Shown: piece by piece, positions 1-10,710 of the stretch
Layout: every line of letters begins with the position of its first letter
How positions within the stretch are numbered: the stretch's first letter is position 1
Origin: Candidatus Firestoneibacteriota bacterium
GTDB taxonomy: Bacteria; Oederibacteriota; D2-FULL-39-29; JBBTED01
DNA length: 29,642 bases
Direction: 5' to 3'
NCBI GenBank assembly: GCA_038042445.1
Contig: JBBTED010000133.1
Span: 1 to 29,642 of the forward strand
Position numbers and translations under genes: made by a program
The notes under the pieces: model-generated
Database searches by the model: none
Told to the model about the DNA's origin: nothing
Seen by the model: only the letters and a program-made list of their open reading frames with translations

Positions 1-6
1 CTTATT

Positions 7-35
7 GTATTGAGTATTGAGTATTGAGTATTGAG
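7..35. repeat. Tandem heptamer repeat (GTATTGA)x4
   Basis: GTATTGA GTATTGA GTATTGA GTATTGA G read directly at 7-35; intergenic, downstream of the methyltransferase. Confidence 0.9.
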
Positions 36-98
36 ACGTGTTTGACTTTTGGAATGTTTATCATACTAAATATAGTATAACATAAATTCACTGTTTTG

Positions 99-812
99 TC
101 AAATTTCGTTGGGGGGCTTTTTAAGAAGTAGCTCCCAGTTATAATAGCCTAAAATTGGGATTTTGATGTTTCTAAGAAATTTTATGATTTTGTTTTCATA
201 TATGTTTCTGTTTAAACCTATTCGTTTGAAAATAAAATCAGTGACAGGAAACCATTGTAATGTTTTTTTATTTTTTAGTACTTCAAATTTATTTTCTTTT
301 AATATGTCAAGTAATTGGGTTTCGTCTGTATACTCGCGAAGATGTGTGGGATCTAAAGCCCATTTTCCATTGCATCTGTAAAAATACCAGCCATACCATT
401 TTTTAAAAACTGTTGAAACAAAAAATAATCCCTCTTTATTTAAAAGTCTATATACTTCCTGAATAAATTTTTTGTCATTTGGTAAATGTTCTATAACCTG
501 ACTCGATACTATAAAATCCAACTGGACATTCTTTAATGCTTCAATATTACATACATCAGAAACAATACATAAAATTTTATCACTTAGCTTTTTTACATTT
601 TCAATACGTTCCTGTGATATATCAACAGCTATAATCTTTTTTAAATTATCCAAATATCCTGCTTTTAATAGTGCGTATAAAAAAGGCCCATCACCGCAAC
701 CCAAATCAGCAAAATTTTCTATTTTGTTATTTTTAAATACCTCCTCTACAAGAAAAGGAACATCTCCACTATAATAGTGCATATATTTTTTTGAATATTT
801 ATTTATTTCCAT
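99..812 (-). CDS. Class I SAM-dependent methyltransferase
   Basis: Motif I ADLGCGDG, acidic AVDIS, FIVSSQVIEHL motif; overlaps the end of the GT2 gene. Confidence 0.88.
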   Translation of the reverse strand: MEINKYSKKYMHYYSGDVPFLVEEVFKNNKIENFADLGCGDGPFLYALLKAGYLDNLKKIIAVDISQERIENVKKLSDKILCIVSDVCNIEALKNVQLDFIVSSQVIEHLPNDKKFIQEVYRLLNKEGLFFVSTVFKKWYGWYFYRCNGKWALDPTHLREYTDETQLLDILKENKFEVLKNKKTLQWFPVTDFIFKRIGLNRNIYENKIIKFLRNIKIPILGYYNWELLLKKPPNEI

Positions 813-1641
813 CGTATATTTTATCCTTAATATAAATCATACCCACCATTATTCTCAAAAAAAACATACTGAAAGTCAATACTGGATGCAATATTAATTT
901 AAAAACTTTTTCCTTTTTTTCTAGAAACACTCCAAAAAATCTGTACCAAATGCCAAATTGCTTTTTTATAATTACATCTTGCTTTCCCCATTTTTCTATG
1001 TATTTGTCAAAAGATTTAGCATAATAGGATTTTTTGGTTATATATCTTCTAAAATTAAAATCACCTTCATTATGGCTAATATTACTATCTATTACTCCAA
1101 CATTTCCGAGTGTTTTAATTCGCCTGTCAAAATCCCAATCTTCAGGACCTGTTAAAGTTTCATCGAATCCTTTTATCTCGAAAAATTTATCACGTCTCAC
1201 GAATCTAACCCCATCAATACAAGTCGCATTATAAAATGTTCTTTCAAAATCTCTTACCTTTATCCAAAATCCTTTTCCAACTATTCGCTCTGGAATATAC
1301 AAAGCAATTAAATTTTCTTTTTCACATTTATTCACACATTCTTCAATTACTTTTTCATTCAAAATCATATCAGCATCAAGATATAAAATATATACACCTT
1401 TTGCATTTTGAATTCCGAAATTTCTTTGAACAGAACGTTCTGGCCCTTTAGTAAGTATTAAATTGGTATATTTTAAAGTTATTTCTTTGGTTTTATCTGT
1501 TGAATTATTATCCACTACTATAATTTCAATTAATTCTTGAGGATATGTTTGAATTTTTATAGATTGTAAACAGTTTTCTATATTTTTTTCTTCATTCCTT
1601 GTGGTAATAACTACAGAAACTAATGACAAATTAGCTTTCAT
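799..1641 (-). CDS. Glycosyltransferase family 2
   Basis: VSVVITTRNEE, IIVVDNNSTD, RNFG, YLDAD (DxD), GFDE..EDWDF motifs. Confidence 0.92.
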   Translation of the reverse strand: MKANLSLVSVVITTRNEEKNIENCLQSIKIQTYPQELIEIIVVDNNSTDKTKEITLKYTNLILTKGPERSVQRNFGIQNAKGVYILYLDADMILNEKVIEECVNKCEKENLIALYIPERIVGKGFWIKVRDFERTFYNATCIDGVRFVRRDKFFEIKGFDETLTGPEDWDFDRRIKTLGNVGVIDSNISHNEGDFNFRRYITKKSYYAKSFDKYIEKWGKQDVIIKKQFGIWYRFFGVFLEKKEKVFKLILHPVLTFSMFFLRIMVGMIYIKDKIYDGNK

Positions 1642-1679
1642 TAAGAAATATACATTTGCTAATAAATTATAGTTTAGAC

Positions 1680-2606
1680 TTATTTAGCAATATCTTTTAC
1701 GCAGCGAAAACCCAAACTATTATTTCCAATATTAAGTGGAACCCCTACACGAAAAGAAGAACGACATTTTCCATCAGGAGTATCCCAATATCCACCACGA
1801 GCAATACGTTCTACACTACTATTCCCAACATTGGGTCCTTTAGGATTTTTATCTGGAGAATTTTTATAATAGTCTTTATCATACCAATCAGCACACCATT
1901 CACCAACATTACCATACATATCATATATCCCATATTTATTTGGCATCTTTTTTCCAACAGGATATGTAGTCTTGACTATTAAAGCAGGAGCTTTTTCAAC
2001 AACATTATTGTCATCATCTTCATCATCATCTGAAACATCAACCTTTGGAGCACTATTCTCTGTATACCATGCATAATCGGATAATATTGATTTAGTCTCC
2101 CCCAAAGATGAAGTTTGTGTTACTGCATCCCCAAAATAATATTTAGTAGTAGTTCCAGCCCTACACGCATTTTCCCATTCTGCTTCTGTAGGCAAACGTT
2201 TATTATAGAATCTTGCATAATGATCCGCTCCAACCCATGTTACATACACTGCTGGATGTTTTTCATACCCTTTAACTGGTTTCCATTTACCATCAACAAA
2301 CTGTACGCCCCAATCAGATGCATAAACAAATGGAGCACCATGATCATCTGTAGATTTACCATAAGTATTTAAAAATTCCGTAAATTGTTCATTTGTAACT
2401 TCATATTTATCTATATAATATGCATCAAGATAAATTTTATGAGCAGGTTTCTCATTCAACTCATCTGTATCAGAGCCCATAATAAACTCACCTGCTGGAA
2501 TATAAACCATAGCACCACCCTTTTTTCCTGATAACATATAGTAAACAAATAAAGAAACAGCAATAACTATTACAACAACTATTACTAACTTTGGATATTT
2601 TTTCAT
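1680..2606 (-). CDS. Membrane-anchored formylglycine-generating enzyme (FGE-sulfatase/SUMF1) family protein
   Basis: N-terminal TM; MVYIPAGEFIMGSD, IDKYEVTN, RLPTEAEWE, YDMYGNVGEW, RGGYW, LGFRC; AAGGAG RBS. Confidence 0.92.
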   Translation of the reverse strand: MKKYPKLVIVVVIVIAVSLFVYYMLSGKKGGAMVYIPAGEFIMGSDTDELNEKPAHKIYLDAYYIDKYEVTNEQFTEFLNTYGKSTDDHGAPFVYASDWGVQFVDGKWKPVKGYEKHPAVYVTWVGADHYARFYNKRLPTEAEWENACRAGTTTKYYFGDAVTQTSSLGETKSILSDYAWYTENSAPKVDVSDDDEDDDNNVVEKAPALIVKTTYPVGKKMPNKYGIYDMYGNVGEWCADWYDKDYYKNSPDKNPKGPNVGNSSVERIARGGYWDTPDGKCRSSFRVGVPLNIGNNSLGFRCVKDIAK

Positions 2607-2662
2607 TTCAGCTTTCTCCTTTTCTGGTTTTGCAAGTTGCCGTAAAACAACAATGTTGTAAA

Positions 2663-2684
2663 GTCAGTTTACGCTGACCGCTAC
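2663..2684 (-). repeat. Single GTAG-headed REP-like palindrome
   Basis: Minus strand GTAGCG-GTCAG-CGTAAA-CTGAC: GTAG head followed by a 5-bp hairpin; intergenic. Confidence 0.45.
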
Positions 2685-2726
2685 TCATATTTAATTTAGT
2701 AGTTATACAAAAATGGATTATATAAG

Positions 2727-3791
2727 TCAAGAATTAAATGTGTTTTTTTGAGCTTCATAAATTTCTTTTATAATGGATTTAAGATCATATTTGAAATCCC
2801 ATGCAGGATAATGTTCTTTGAATTTTGAAACATTGCTTATCCACCATATATGATCTCCTGACCTATTATTATCTATATATTCATAGTTTAGCTTTTTCCC
2901 GCTTATCAACTGGCATAATTCAATTGCTTCAAGAATTGAACAATTACTGTATCGACTACCCCCAATATTATATACCTCTGAATATCTTGGATTTTGATAT
3001 ACTTGATAAAAAGCATTTACCAAATCATACGAATGAATATTATCTCTTACTTGTTTGCCTTTATATCCCAAAATAGAATATTTTTTTCCTGAAACACAAC
3101 ACCGCATAAGATATGAAAGAAATCCATGTAATAAAGTACCTGAATGTGCAGGACCTGTTAAACATCCACCCCTAAAAACTACAGTTTTAAGATTAAAATA
3201 TCTGCCATATTCCTGAACAAGAACATCCCCTGCTATTTTTGAAACACCAAATAAACTATGTTTAGATTGATCTATAGACATTGTTTCATCTATACCATTA
3301 TACCACTTATGTTTATCTTCAATTTCATATCGTGTTTTTAATTCAACTAATGGTAAAAAATTAGGCAAATCACCATACACTTTATTTGTAGACATAAAAA
3401 TAAAAACAGCTTCCGGGCAATATTTGCGAAAATTCTCTAACATAACCAATGTCCCATTAGCATTTACTGTAAAATCCATAAAAGGATTTGAAGATGCCCA
3501 ATCATGCGAAGGCTGAGCAGCAGTATGTATAATTAGTGAAATATTTTTATCGTATTTCTTAAATATATTTTCTATTGCTTCACTATTTCTAATATCAATA
3601 TCATAATGCAGATAATTTTTAAATTCTTTTTCTAATAATTTTCTATTCCAATCAGTTGAAGCATCTTCACCAAAAAACATTTTTCTGAAATTATTATCTA
3701 TTCCAAGGACATCAAATTTTTTTGAACAAAAAAATTTGACTGCTTCTGAACCAATAAGACCTGCTGAACCTGTTACTACTATAACACTCAT
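2727..3791 (-). CDS. NAD-dependent epimerase/dehydratase, CDP-paratose 2-epimerase (RfbE)-like
   Basis: VTGSAGLIG Rossmann motif, [21 protein letters not shown] in place of Yxxx[10 protein letters not shown]. Confidence 0.88.
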   Translation of the reverse strand: MSVIVVTGSAGLIGSEAVKFFCSKKFDVLGIDNNFRKMFFGEDASTDWNRKLLEKEFKNYLHYDIDIRNSEAIENIFKKYDKNISLIIHTAAQPSHDWASSNPFMDFTVNANGTLVMLENFRKYCPEAVFIFMSTNKVYGDLPNFLPLVELKTRYEIEDKHKWYNGIDETMSIDQSKHSLFGVSKIAGDVLVQEYGRYFNLKTVVFRGGCLTGPAHSGTLLHGFLSYLMRCCVSGKKYSILGYKGKQVRDNIHSYDLVNAFYQVYQNPRYSEVYNIGGSRYSNCSILEAIELCQLISGKKLNYEYIDNNRSGDHIWWISNVSKFKEHYPAWDFKYDLKSIIKEIYEAQKNTFNS

Positions 3792-4858
3792 TTTAAAACC
3801 TTTATAAGCTGTTTTTCATTGTTTTTTATCCAATTATGTATTCCTTCTATAATATTAGTTATTGAAATTTTTGGTTGCCATCCTGTTAATTTAGTTACTT
3901 TTGTATTATCTGTCAGGTAAATTCTAATATCAGCATTTCTATTATCTTGTATTTTAGAAATTTTTATTTTATTACCTGTAATTTTCTCACATATAGAAGT
4001 TAATTCATTTAAAGATACACTTATATTTTTACCACCACCAACATTAAAAATCTCACCATTAAATTTTCCAATATTTTTTAATTGTATATTGATTAAATTA
4101 TAGAGATCGTCAATATGCACAATATCTCTTACTTGCTTGCCTTCACCACCAAAACCTATATAAGAAAGTTTTTGTTTCCAGAAATGCTTTGCAATCCATA
4201 GAACTACAAAACCCTGGTCAATTTTTCCAAATTGCCAAGGACCAGTTATGACACCACAGCGATTTATCACAGCCCTAATATTATACATTTCTTGATATTC
4301 CTGTATTAGCAACTCAGATGCTAATTTTGTAGCTCCATAAAGAGAACGTGAACCCTGTAAAGGAAAATTTTCAGTATAACCTTTAGCAGATACACCTATA
4401 ATATCTTGCTTATTTTTCAATTCAAATCTTGTTTTTGCCACAGTGAAATTCAAGGAATTTATAGTTTTAAAAGGATAAACTCTGCTTGTTGACAGAAAGA
4501 TAAAATCCGATTTCCTTTTTCTTGCTAATTCTAAACAATTGATAGTTCCTAACAAATTAGTATTTATTAAATACTCTGGAGAATTATATCCAGCTAATAC
4601 AGAAGGTTCTGCAGAACATTCCAATATAAGATTTATATCTCTTATAGATTCTATGTCTTCTTTATTTCTGATATCCCCATGTAAAAATTCAATACCATAA
4701 TGTTTGAGTCTATCAATATTTAATTCACTACCTCGTCGTTTAAGATTATCTAAACAAATAATATGATTTTTCGGATATTGAATTTTTAATTTAATTGCAA
4801 GAGAAGAACCTACAAAACCTGCACCACCTGTAATGAGAATTTTTTTATGATTGCTCAT
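3788..4858 (-). CDS. NAD-dependent epimerase/dehydratase, RfbE-like (second paralogue)
   Basis: [26 protein letters not shown]; start placed at ATG 4858 (ATGA overlap with the rmlC stop) rather than 4882. Confidence 0.88.
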   Translation of the reverse strand: MSNHKKILITGGAGFVGSSLAIKLKIQYPKNHIICLDNLKRRGSELNIDRLKHYGIEFLHGDIRNKEDIESIRDINLILECSAEPSVLAGYNSPEYLINTNLLGTINCLELARKRKSDFIFLSTSRVYPFKTINSLNFTVAKTRFELKNKQDIIGVSAKGYTENFPLQGSRSLYGATKLASELLIQEYQEMYNIRAVINRCGVITGPWQFGKIDQGFVVLWIAKHFWKQKLSYIGFGGEGKQVRDIVHIDDLYNLINIQLKNIGKFNGEIFNVGGGKNISVSLNELTSICEKITGNKIKISKIQDNRNADIRIYLTDNTKVTKLTGWQPKISITNIIEGIHNWIKNNEKQLIKVLK

Positions 4859-5325
4859 GTAATTGCCGGAATTGACTTCCAATCATAACCAATTTCCGGG
4901 TCATCATAAGGTATTCTGAATTCATCAGCAGGATTATATTCCTGATCTGTAACATAAACAATATGCATAGGGCCATTTAAAACTTTATACCCGTGCGCTA
5001 CTTCTGTCGGGATTTTGACAACTTTATGACCAAATGTTTCTCCCATCAATATTTCCATAGTAGTTTTATATGTTTGTGAATTTTTTCTTGTATCATATAA
5101 AACTAATTTTATATCACCAACCACAACATTCATCCAATCGGTCTGTTTTTTATGCAGATGCCATGCTTTAGTAACTCCTGCAAATGACAATGAATGATTA
5201 AGCTGAACAAATTTCTCAGAAAGAATTTTATCTTTATTTCTAAGGATTTCACAAAAAAAACCACGTTCATCCTTATGAACAGCAAGCTCCTTAATTTCCA
5301 CACCTTCAATTATATTATTTTTCAT
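4855..5325 (-). CDS. rmlC: dTDP-4-dehydrorhamnose 3,5-epimerase family (cupin)
   Basis: DERGFFCE, KAWHLH, VAHGY, YDDPEIGYDW. Confidence 0.82.
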   Translation of the reverse strand: MKNNIIEGVEIKELAVHKDERGFFCEILRNKDKILSEKFVQLNHSLSFAGVTKAWHLHKKQTDWMNVVVGDIKLVLYDTRKNSQTYKTTMEILMGETFGHKVVKIPTEVAHGYKVLNGPMHIVYVTDQEYNPADEFRIPYDDPEIGYDWKSIPAIT

Positions 5326-5409
5326 AGGTTTTTATTATGCCATAAAATTAAACAAATTTCAACCCCATTACAATAAAATTATAACTCTTTGATATAATTA
5401 AATCATTAG

Positions 5410-6327
5410 CTATTTTTCTGATTTTAAATAATCCTCTGCAGTTACATTTGTTGCTGTTGTTTCTGCAATTGAATATTTTTTTTCTACTTTTATTATTTTT
5501 GCAGTTCCAATTTTAGTTTCTTCTGAACCCAAAGAAGCTCCTGTATCAGGGTCAACAAGTTCTTCACCTCTATGATAAATACCTACAACTCGTCCAATCT
5601 GCTCTCCATCTTCCTCGCCTGAATTAAGATAAATTTGTTTACCTGAAACTTTTATAACTCTACCTGACCATGGCAAATCAGATGCATAATCTATAATAGT
5701 TTTTGCTGACATTTCCACTGCTTTACGAGTGGCTTTACCTATAACTGTTTCATCAAATCCATCTTTTCCAAAATCCACACTTGGTGCAATATCCAAATCT
5801 ATAGAAACTCCTGTGCTAGAATCTTCACCTTCACCTTTTTCTGCTTTAATTATTTGTCCTGTTGTAACATCTATCATTCTTATATCTATTGCTACTTTAG
5901 CTGTATTTGTTTGAGTATCAACTCCTCCACCAAAAGGTAGTACTCTACCAAGTCCTCCGACTCCTAACTTGCTTTGCTTTACTCCAAATTCTGTAACACT
6001 CCCGGTTATTACATAAGAAGCTCCTATAAGCTTTCCTAATTTAGCCGCACTCTGTGATGTAACTGCTCCAGTAGCATTTAATTTCTGCTCATCCATAGCT
6101 TTAACAAGTTTTTCACGTTCAACAACCATATATTTATTAGACTTTACTAAAGTAGTCACCAACATATCAGCCATACCCTTCCCAACATCATGCCATCCTG
6201 AATGTTGATCCCCTGATTTATCTTCTAAATCCATCACACATATAGTTTTTTTACTGCCTGCAAAACAATAACTACTCAACAAAAGTATCATAATACTCAT
6301 ACTGCATTTTTTTAAAATATTTCCCAT
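5410..6327 (-). CDS. Secreted CsgG/HfaB-like protein with FlgT-like C-terminal domain
   Basis: Signal peptide; ICVMDLED, GMADMLVTTL, VVERE, GKLIGA..ITGSVTEFG; C-terminal IYLNSG and LVDPDTGASLG. Start 6327 chosen from AAGGAG spacing (ORF extends to 6336). Confidence 0.8.
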   Translation of the reverse strand: MGNILKKCSMSIMILLLSSYCFAGSKKTICVMDLEDKSGDQHSGWHDVGKGMADMLVTTLVKSNKYMVVEREKLVKAMDEQKLNATGAVTSQSAAKLGKLIGASYVITGSVTEFGVKQSKLGVGGLGRVLPFGGGVDTQTNTAKVAIDIRMIDVTTGQIIKAEKGEGEDSSTGVSIDLDIAPSVDFGKDGFDETVIGKATRKAVEMSAKTIIDYASDLPWSGRVIKVSGKQIYLNSGEEDGEQIGRVVGIYHRGEELVDPDTGASLGSEETKIGTAKIIKVEKKYSIAETTATNVTAEDYLKSEK

Positions 6328-6393
6328 TTTTACCATCTCCTTTCAAAAAAATACGTTATACTCATTTACTACCATAGAATTTCTATAGCAATA

Positions 6394-7050
6394 CTACCAG
6401 TTTATGTAATACCCACCAGTTGAAGAAGCAACTAATGTTCCTTCGTCATCTTTTTTCCATGCTGATACATGTATATGATAACTTTTCCCTGAAGTAAGGT
6501 TAATATCTCTAAAAACATAAATTAGCTTGTCATTTTCAAGACGCGGTGAAACTGCAATTGCTGATACATCCTCAGATATAAACAGTTCAACTTGATAATA
6601 ATCCACATCCTCAACTTTTTTCCATACTACTGCAAGATTATTTTCGCCTCTTTTTGCAGTAAGTATTTCTGGAATTTCAAGATATTCACCATTGTAAATA
6701 TCCGTTTTAACAATTTCTCTGTCATCTGCAAGTTTTATAAAAAATTTGTATTCACCTAATATAGGCAAACCAAACATATCACCTAAAATAGTCCATCTGG
6801 TATTTCCATCAGGTGATGTATTAGATTTATTCTCAAATTCTTTTTGTGTGCCATCAGGAAACACAACAGTAACAGATTTGTAATATTTTGCCTCACCCTT
6901 TGTATGAATACGATATCCAAATTTTTTATCATGAAAATTTGTTGACTGAACAAATCCTCCTATTTCCGAACTATTCACAGGCGCAAAAGGATTTTTACTG
7001 CACCCCATTAAAACTAACCCCAGCAAAATCACATTAAATATGTATTTCAT
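6394..7050 (-). CDS. Lipoprotein with probable Fn3/Ig-like C-terminal domain
   Basis: MKYIFNVILLGLVLMG-C lipobox with GGAG RBS; W..V..VDYYQV...SYHIHVSA pattern. The ORF-track extension to 7161 is read-through of the REP dimer. Confidence 0.75.
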   Translation of the reverse strand: MKYIFNVILLGLVLMGCSKNPFAPVNSSEIGGFVQSTNFHDKKFGYRIHTKGEAKYYKSVTVVFPDGTQKEFENKSNTSPDGNTRWTILGDMFGLPILGEYKFFIKLADDREIVKTDIYNGEYLEIPEILTAKRGENNLAVVWKKVEDVDYYQVELFISEDVSAIAVSPRLENDKLIYVFRDINLTSGKSYHIHVSAWKKDDEGTLVASSTGGYYINW

Positions 7051-7061
7051 AATCTCCATTT

Positions 7062-7146
7062 TGTCATTGCGAGTAACCAAAGGGAACGAAGCAATCTCGT
7101 TTTTAGATTGCCACGTCGTCGCTTTCAGCTCCTCCTCGCAATGACA
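7062..7146. repeat. Inverted dimer of GTCAT(CGTC)-type REP-like palindromic elements
   Basis: Perfect 12-bp terminal IR TGTCATTGCGAG (7062-7073) / CTCGCAATGACA (7135-7146); inner ends GCAATCT / AGATTGC; GC-rich in an AT-rich background. Confidence 0.9.
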
Positions 7147-7153
7147 GACCTTA

Positions 7154-7753
7154 TTATTCAAAATACTTATCTAAACCTAACATTATATTCACTGGAAAAA
7201 CTTCAGTAGCATAACCATCTCCCTTAAATAAAAACATAGAAACACCACAATTTAGTGCAAGTCTTGAACCCAGAAAAAATCTATTGCCAAGGAATAAATT
7301 TACATTGTAACCACTTGTGTAAATTGTCCATATAATCTGTATATCATTTAAAATAGGCATATTATTAAGCATAATACCTAATTCTGGAGCTAAAGCAGAA
7401 AAATCTGCACTTGAATAAGTGAAATTGAAACCTGCTATTGATTTAAATTTTAAATTTCCGAATTGTGCAAAATTATATACTACATCAAGTTGTATAGTAT
7501 AATTATTTGATTTTACAGAACTAACATTATTATATAAATAGGTGAATAAACTACCTATATCTACATTTGTCCAAACAGCATACGTTGCACCTATTTGTGT
7601 TTTAAATGACTCATAGGATACCGAATTTCCTAAATTTGGAAAATACCCAATATTTACAGTGCTTGCATAAATACTTTCATTATCCAGATAAAAAGCATCT
7701 GCATAAGAAAAATGCACCAATAAAACCAGAATAGCGATTAATAAATTACGCAT
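7154..7753 (-). CDS. Putative small outer-membrane beta-barrel protein
   Basis: Signal peptide; alternating hydrophobic/aromatic beta-strand pattern; aromatic residues near the C-terminus (KYFE). Confidence 0.55.
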   Translation of the reverse strand: MRNLLIAILVLLVHFSYADAFYLDNESIYASTVNIGYFPNLGNSVSYESFKTQIGATYAVWTNVDIGSLFTYLYNNVSSVKSNNYTIQLDVVYNFAQFGNLKFKSIAGFNFTYSSADFSALAPELGIMLNNMPILNDIQIIWTIYTSGYNVNLFLGNRFFLGSRLALNCGVSMFLFKGDGYATEVFPVNIMLGLDKYFE

Positions 7754-8751
7754 TATGGTGAAAATGTAGGATACCTATCATTTGCAGAATCATTTGTAAG
7801 ACGTATCTGTTTTGAACCATTTACATTCATTACATATATTTCCCAATTTCCATCATGATTTGAAGCATAAGCAATTTTTTTATTGTTTTTTGAAAGTACT
7901 GGCTCATCTTCCTCTACCTTATTCTGTGTAAGAACAATCTGATTTTTACCTTCAATATCTGCTATAAATATTTCCGAATTGGAATTAGATTCACCTATAT
8001 TCTTATATTTAAATACTATTTTTTCGCCATTAGCCCCAAAATATGGTTTTTCAAAAGAATCCATATTTTTACTCTGTGTTTGTTCCGAAAATAAAGAATA
8101 TTGAAAACTCCCATCGGATTTCATAGTATAAATATATGCTATACCTTGGTCTTGTTTAACAGTATTTTGTAAAATCTTGGTTGTATTCGTTCTCTGAAAA
8201 ATAATATCTACGCCATCTGGAGAAAAACAAGGAAATTTATCGGAAAAATTTTCGTCAGCAGTCAAAACTCTTTCACCACTACCATCTGAATACATAGCCC
8301 ATATCTTTGCATTATTTCCATTTTTAGAATCAATCCTATAAAAAACTATTTTGCTTCCATCATAAGAAAATCTGGGCCCACGATCCTGAAAAGAATTTGT
8401 CGTAATTCTTATCTGATTTGAACCATCATAATTCATAGTATACACCTCAAAATCTTCAGGTTTTCCACCTTCTCTATTAGAGGAAAAAATAATTCTTTTT
8501 CCATCAGAAGAAAAACTTGGATCTACATCAGCAAAAGAATTAAATGTCAATTGAGTTACACCACTTCCATCAGCATCCATCAAATATATTTCCCAATCTC
8601 CATCTCTATCAGACATAAATGCAATTTTGCCTACTGCCCTGTCTGCATAAGAACCACTAAACATTGGATTTTTACCACATCCCTGCAAAATAATAAGAAC
8701 AAGCAACAAAACACCAGAGAACCTTGATTTTAAAAATTTCACATTCCCCAT
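7753..8751 (-). CDS. TolB-like (PD40 beta-propeller) lipoprotein
   Basis: LQG-C lipobox; repeated [21 protein letters not shown] / PSFSSDG / [13 protein letters not shown] units; start ambiguous (8766, 8751 or GTG 8742). Confidence 0.85.
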   Translation of the reverse strand: MGNVKFLKSRFSGVLLLVLIILQGCGKNPMFSGSYADRAVGKIAFMSDRDGDWEIYLMDADGSGVTQLTFNSFADVDPSFSSDGKRIIFSSNREGGKPEDFEVYTMNYDGSNQIRITTNSFQDRGPRFSYDGSKIVFYRIDSKNGNNAKIWAMYSDGSGERVLTADENFSDKFPCFSPDGVDIIFQRTNTTKILQNTVKQDQGIAYIYTMKSDGSFQYSLFSEQTQSKNMDSFEKPYFGANGEKIVFKYKNIGESNSNSEIFIADIEGKNQIVLTQNKVEEDEPVLSKNNKKIAYASNHDGNWEIYVMNVNGSKQIRLTNDSANDRYPTFSP

Positions 8752-10643
8752 TTTTCTAACCACCATTCAAAAATTAAAAGACTCCACAATCTTTTTCTAT
8801 TATCCACTTTGCCGGCAAAATGTTCATCAAGCAACTGTTTTACAACATCAGGTTTAAAAATTTTTTGCTTTTTCAATCTATTTTCAGACAAAACATCTAA
8901 AACTAACGTTTTAAACTCTTTATTTAACCATTTACCTATTGGAACATTAAATCCTTTTTTGTTTTGTCTAATTATATCATTAGGAAGAAATTTTTGCATG
9001 CTTTTTTTAAGAATGTATTTCGTGGTAAAATTGTGCAGTTTGAGTTTAAATGGAATCTTTGCAACAAAACCAACAAAAGTATCATCCAGAAATGGAGGTC
9101 TTACTTCCAAACTACATGCCATACTTGCTCTATCAACTTTCATTAATATATCATCAGAAAGATATGATTTTAAATCAAAATACAATAATTGTTCCAATGG
9201 ATCTATTTTATCTTCAATTTCCACCGTAGGCATAAAAAAATCAGTCTGGGTTATATTTTTTTTCACATCTTCTGTAAAAAGATATGGTATTTCCTCAGGT
9301 AAAAACCCACCTTTCCATATAAAATGACGAATAAACATTGGATAATCAACACTTGCAACAAAACGTTTCAACCTATAATCTAAACTATTATTATTTAATG
9401 AAACAGGCATATTGTATATCATTTTTTTAATAACATTTTCCCGTATATTTTTAGGAATTTTTTTGTAATATTTAGCAAGCCTATGTGCCTGATAAACAGG
9501 ATAACCTGCAAATAATTCATCACCACCATCACCGCTTAATGCAACTGTTACTTCTTTCCTGGTAAATTTTGACAATAAAAAGGTTGGTATAATAGAAGGG
9601 TCTGCTAAAGGCTCATCAAGAAAATCAATTACCTGTGGCATAGTTTGCAACATTTTTGCATCAGAAAAAACTTCGCTATAGTGTTCAGTGCCAAAAATTT
9701 TTGCCACTTTATTAGCCGAATCCAATTCATTAAAAGTCTTTTCTTCAAACCCTATAGAAAAAGTTTTTACTTTTCCAGGAATTAGCTGTGACATAAAAGC
9801 AACAATTGAACTTGAATCTATTCCACCACTTAAAAAAGCGCCAACAGGAACATCACTTATAAGCATACGTTTAACAGAATTTTTTAATTCATATAACAAT
9901 TTTTCGGCATACTCATTTTCAGTCCTTACTTTATGTTCACTATCATCATAACGAATATCCCAATATTTATTTGTTACAACATCTCCATAGCAATTCTTGC
10001 CACTACCGTTAGAAAATGACATAGAATAACCCGGCATCAATTTTTTTATACCAGCGAAAATTACATTTGGAGCTGAGATATATCCAGACAACAAATATTG
10101 TACAAGTGAATTATAATCTATACTTTTTTTAAAATAGGGATATTTAAATATAGCTTTCAATTCTGATGCAAAAATTAATTCGTTATCAATTTTTGCATAA
10201 TACAATGGTTTAATACCTATTCTATCCCGCGCAAGAAATAATTTTTGTTTTTTTTCATCATATATAGCAAATGCAAACATTCCATTTATTTTTTTTACAC
10301 AATCCTCACCAAAATCTTCATACAAATGGATTATAACTTCAGTGTCTGAAGCAGTATAAAAACTATGCCCATTCTTTTCAAGCTGACATCTCAATTCTTT
10401 AAAATTATATATTTCACCATTATATACAATGCATAAATCCTTTTTTTCATTATAAATCGGCTGAGAACCAGTAACTAAATCTATTACTTTAAGACGTCTA
10501 ATACCCATACACATATTATCAGTCAAATAAAATCCTTCTTCATCAGGCCCACGTGAAATCAAAGTATCAGACATAGCCTTTAAAATATTATCTGCATCTT
10601 CTACTGTCTTATTGAATTTAGTAAATCCGCAAATTCCACACAT
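8739..10643 (-). CDS. asnB: Asparagine synthase (glutamine-hydrolysing)-like amidotransferase
   Basis: N-terminal [60 protein letters not shown]. Confidence 0.95.
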   Translation of the reverse strand: MCGICGFTKFNKTVEDADNILKAMSDTLISRGPDEEGFYLTDNMCMGIRRLKVIDLVTGSQPIYNEKKDLCIVYNGEIYNFKELRCQLEKNGHSFYTASDTEVIIHLYEDFGEDCVKKINGMFAFAIYDEKKQKLFLARDRIGIKPLYYAKIDNELIFASELKAIFKYPYFKKSIDYNSLVQYLLSGYISAPNVIFAGIKKLMPGYSMSFSNGSGKNCYGDVVTNKYWDIRYDDSEHKVRTENEYAEKLLYELKNSVKRMLISDVPVGAFLSGGIDSSSIVAFMSQLIPGKVKTFSIGFEEKTFNELDSANKVAKIFGTEHYSEVFSDAKMLQTMPQVIDFLDEPLADPSIIPTFLLSKFTRKEVTVALSGDGGDELFAGYPVYQAHRLAKYYKKIPKNIRENVIKKMIYNMPVSLNNNSLDYRLKRFVASVDYPMFIRHFIWKGGFLPEEIPYLFTEDVKKNITQTDFFMPTVEIEDKIDPLEQLLYFDLKSYLSDDILMKVDRASMACSLEVRPPFLDDTFVGFVAKIPFKLKLHNFTTKYILKKSMQKFLPNDIIRQNKKGFNVPIGKWLNKEFKTLVLDVLSENRLKKQKIFKPDVVKQLLDEHFAGKVDNRKRLWSLLIFEWWLEKWGM

Positions 10644-10710
10644 ATTTAAAATATCTTTACATATTTACGGATAGATTTCAATATTTTATCTCTATATACT
10701 ATAAAAAAAA

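Noticed and set aside
7..35. CRISPR array
   Set aside because: 7-bp tandem units with no spacers; no cas genes or repeat-spacer structure anywhere in the window.
1690..1810. FGE/CLec C-terminus as a diversity-generating retroelement variable region
   Set aside because: No template repeat or reverse transcriptase seen in the window; a remote DGR cannot be excluded.
5410..6336. Curli secretion system
   Set aside because: No csgA/B/E/F-like genes; CsgG-like domains are widespread outside curli loci.
7051..7161. N-terminal extension of the lipoprotein given in the ORF track
   Set aside because: It is translation through the REP dimer; lipobox and RBS support the start at 7050.
8809..9327. Antisense ORFs on the opposite strand of real genes (e.g. 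8809-9327, 24700-25197, 28510-28881 and other short ones)
   Set aside because: They shadow well-supported genes, have no motifs or RBS, and show antisense-type composition.
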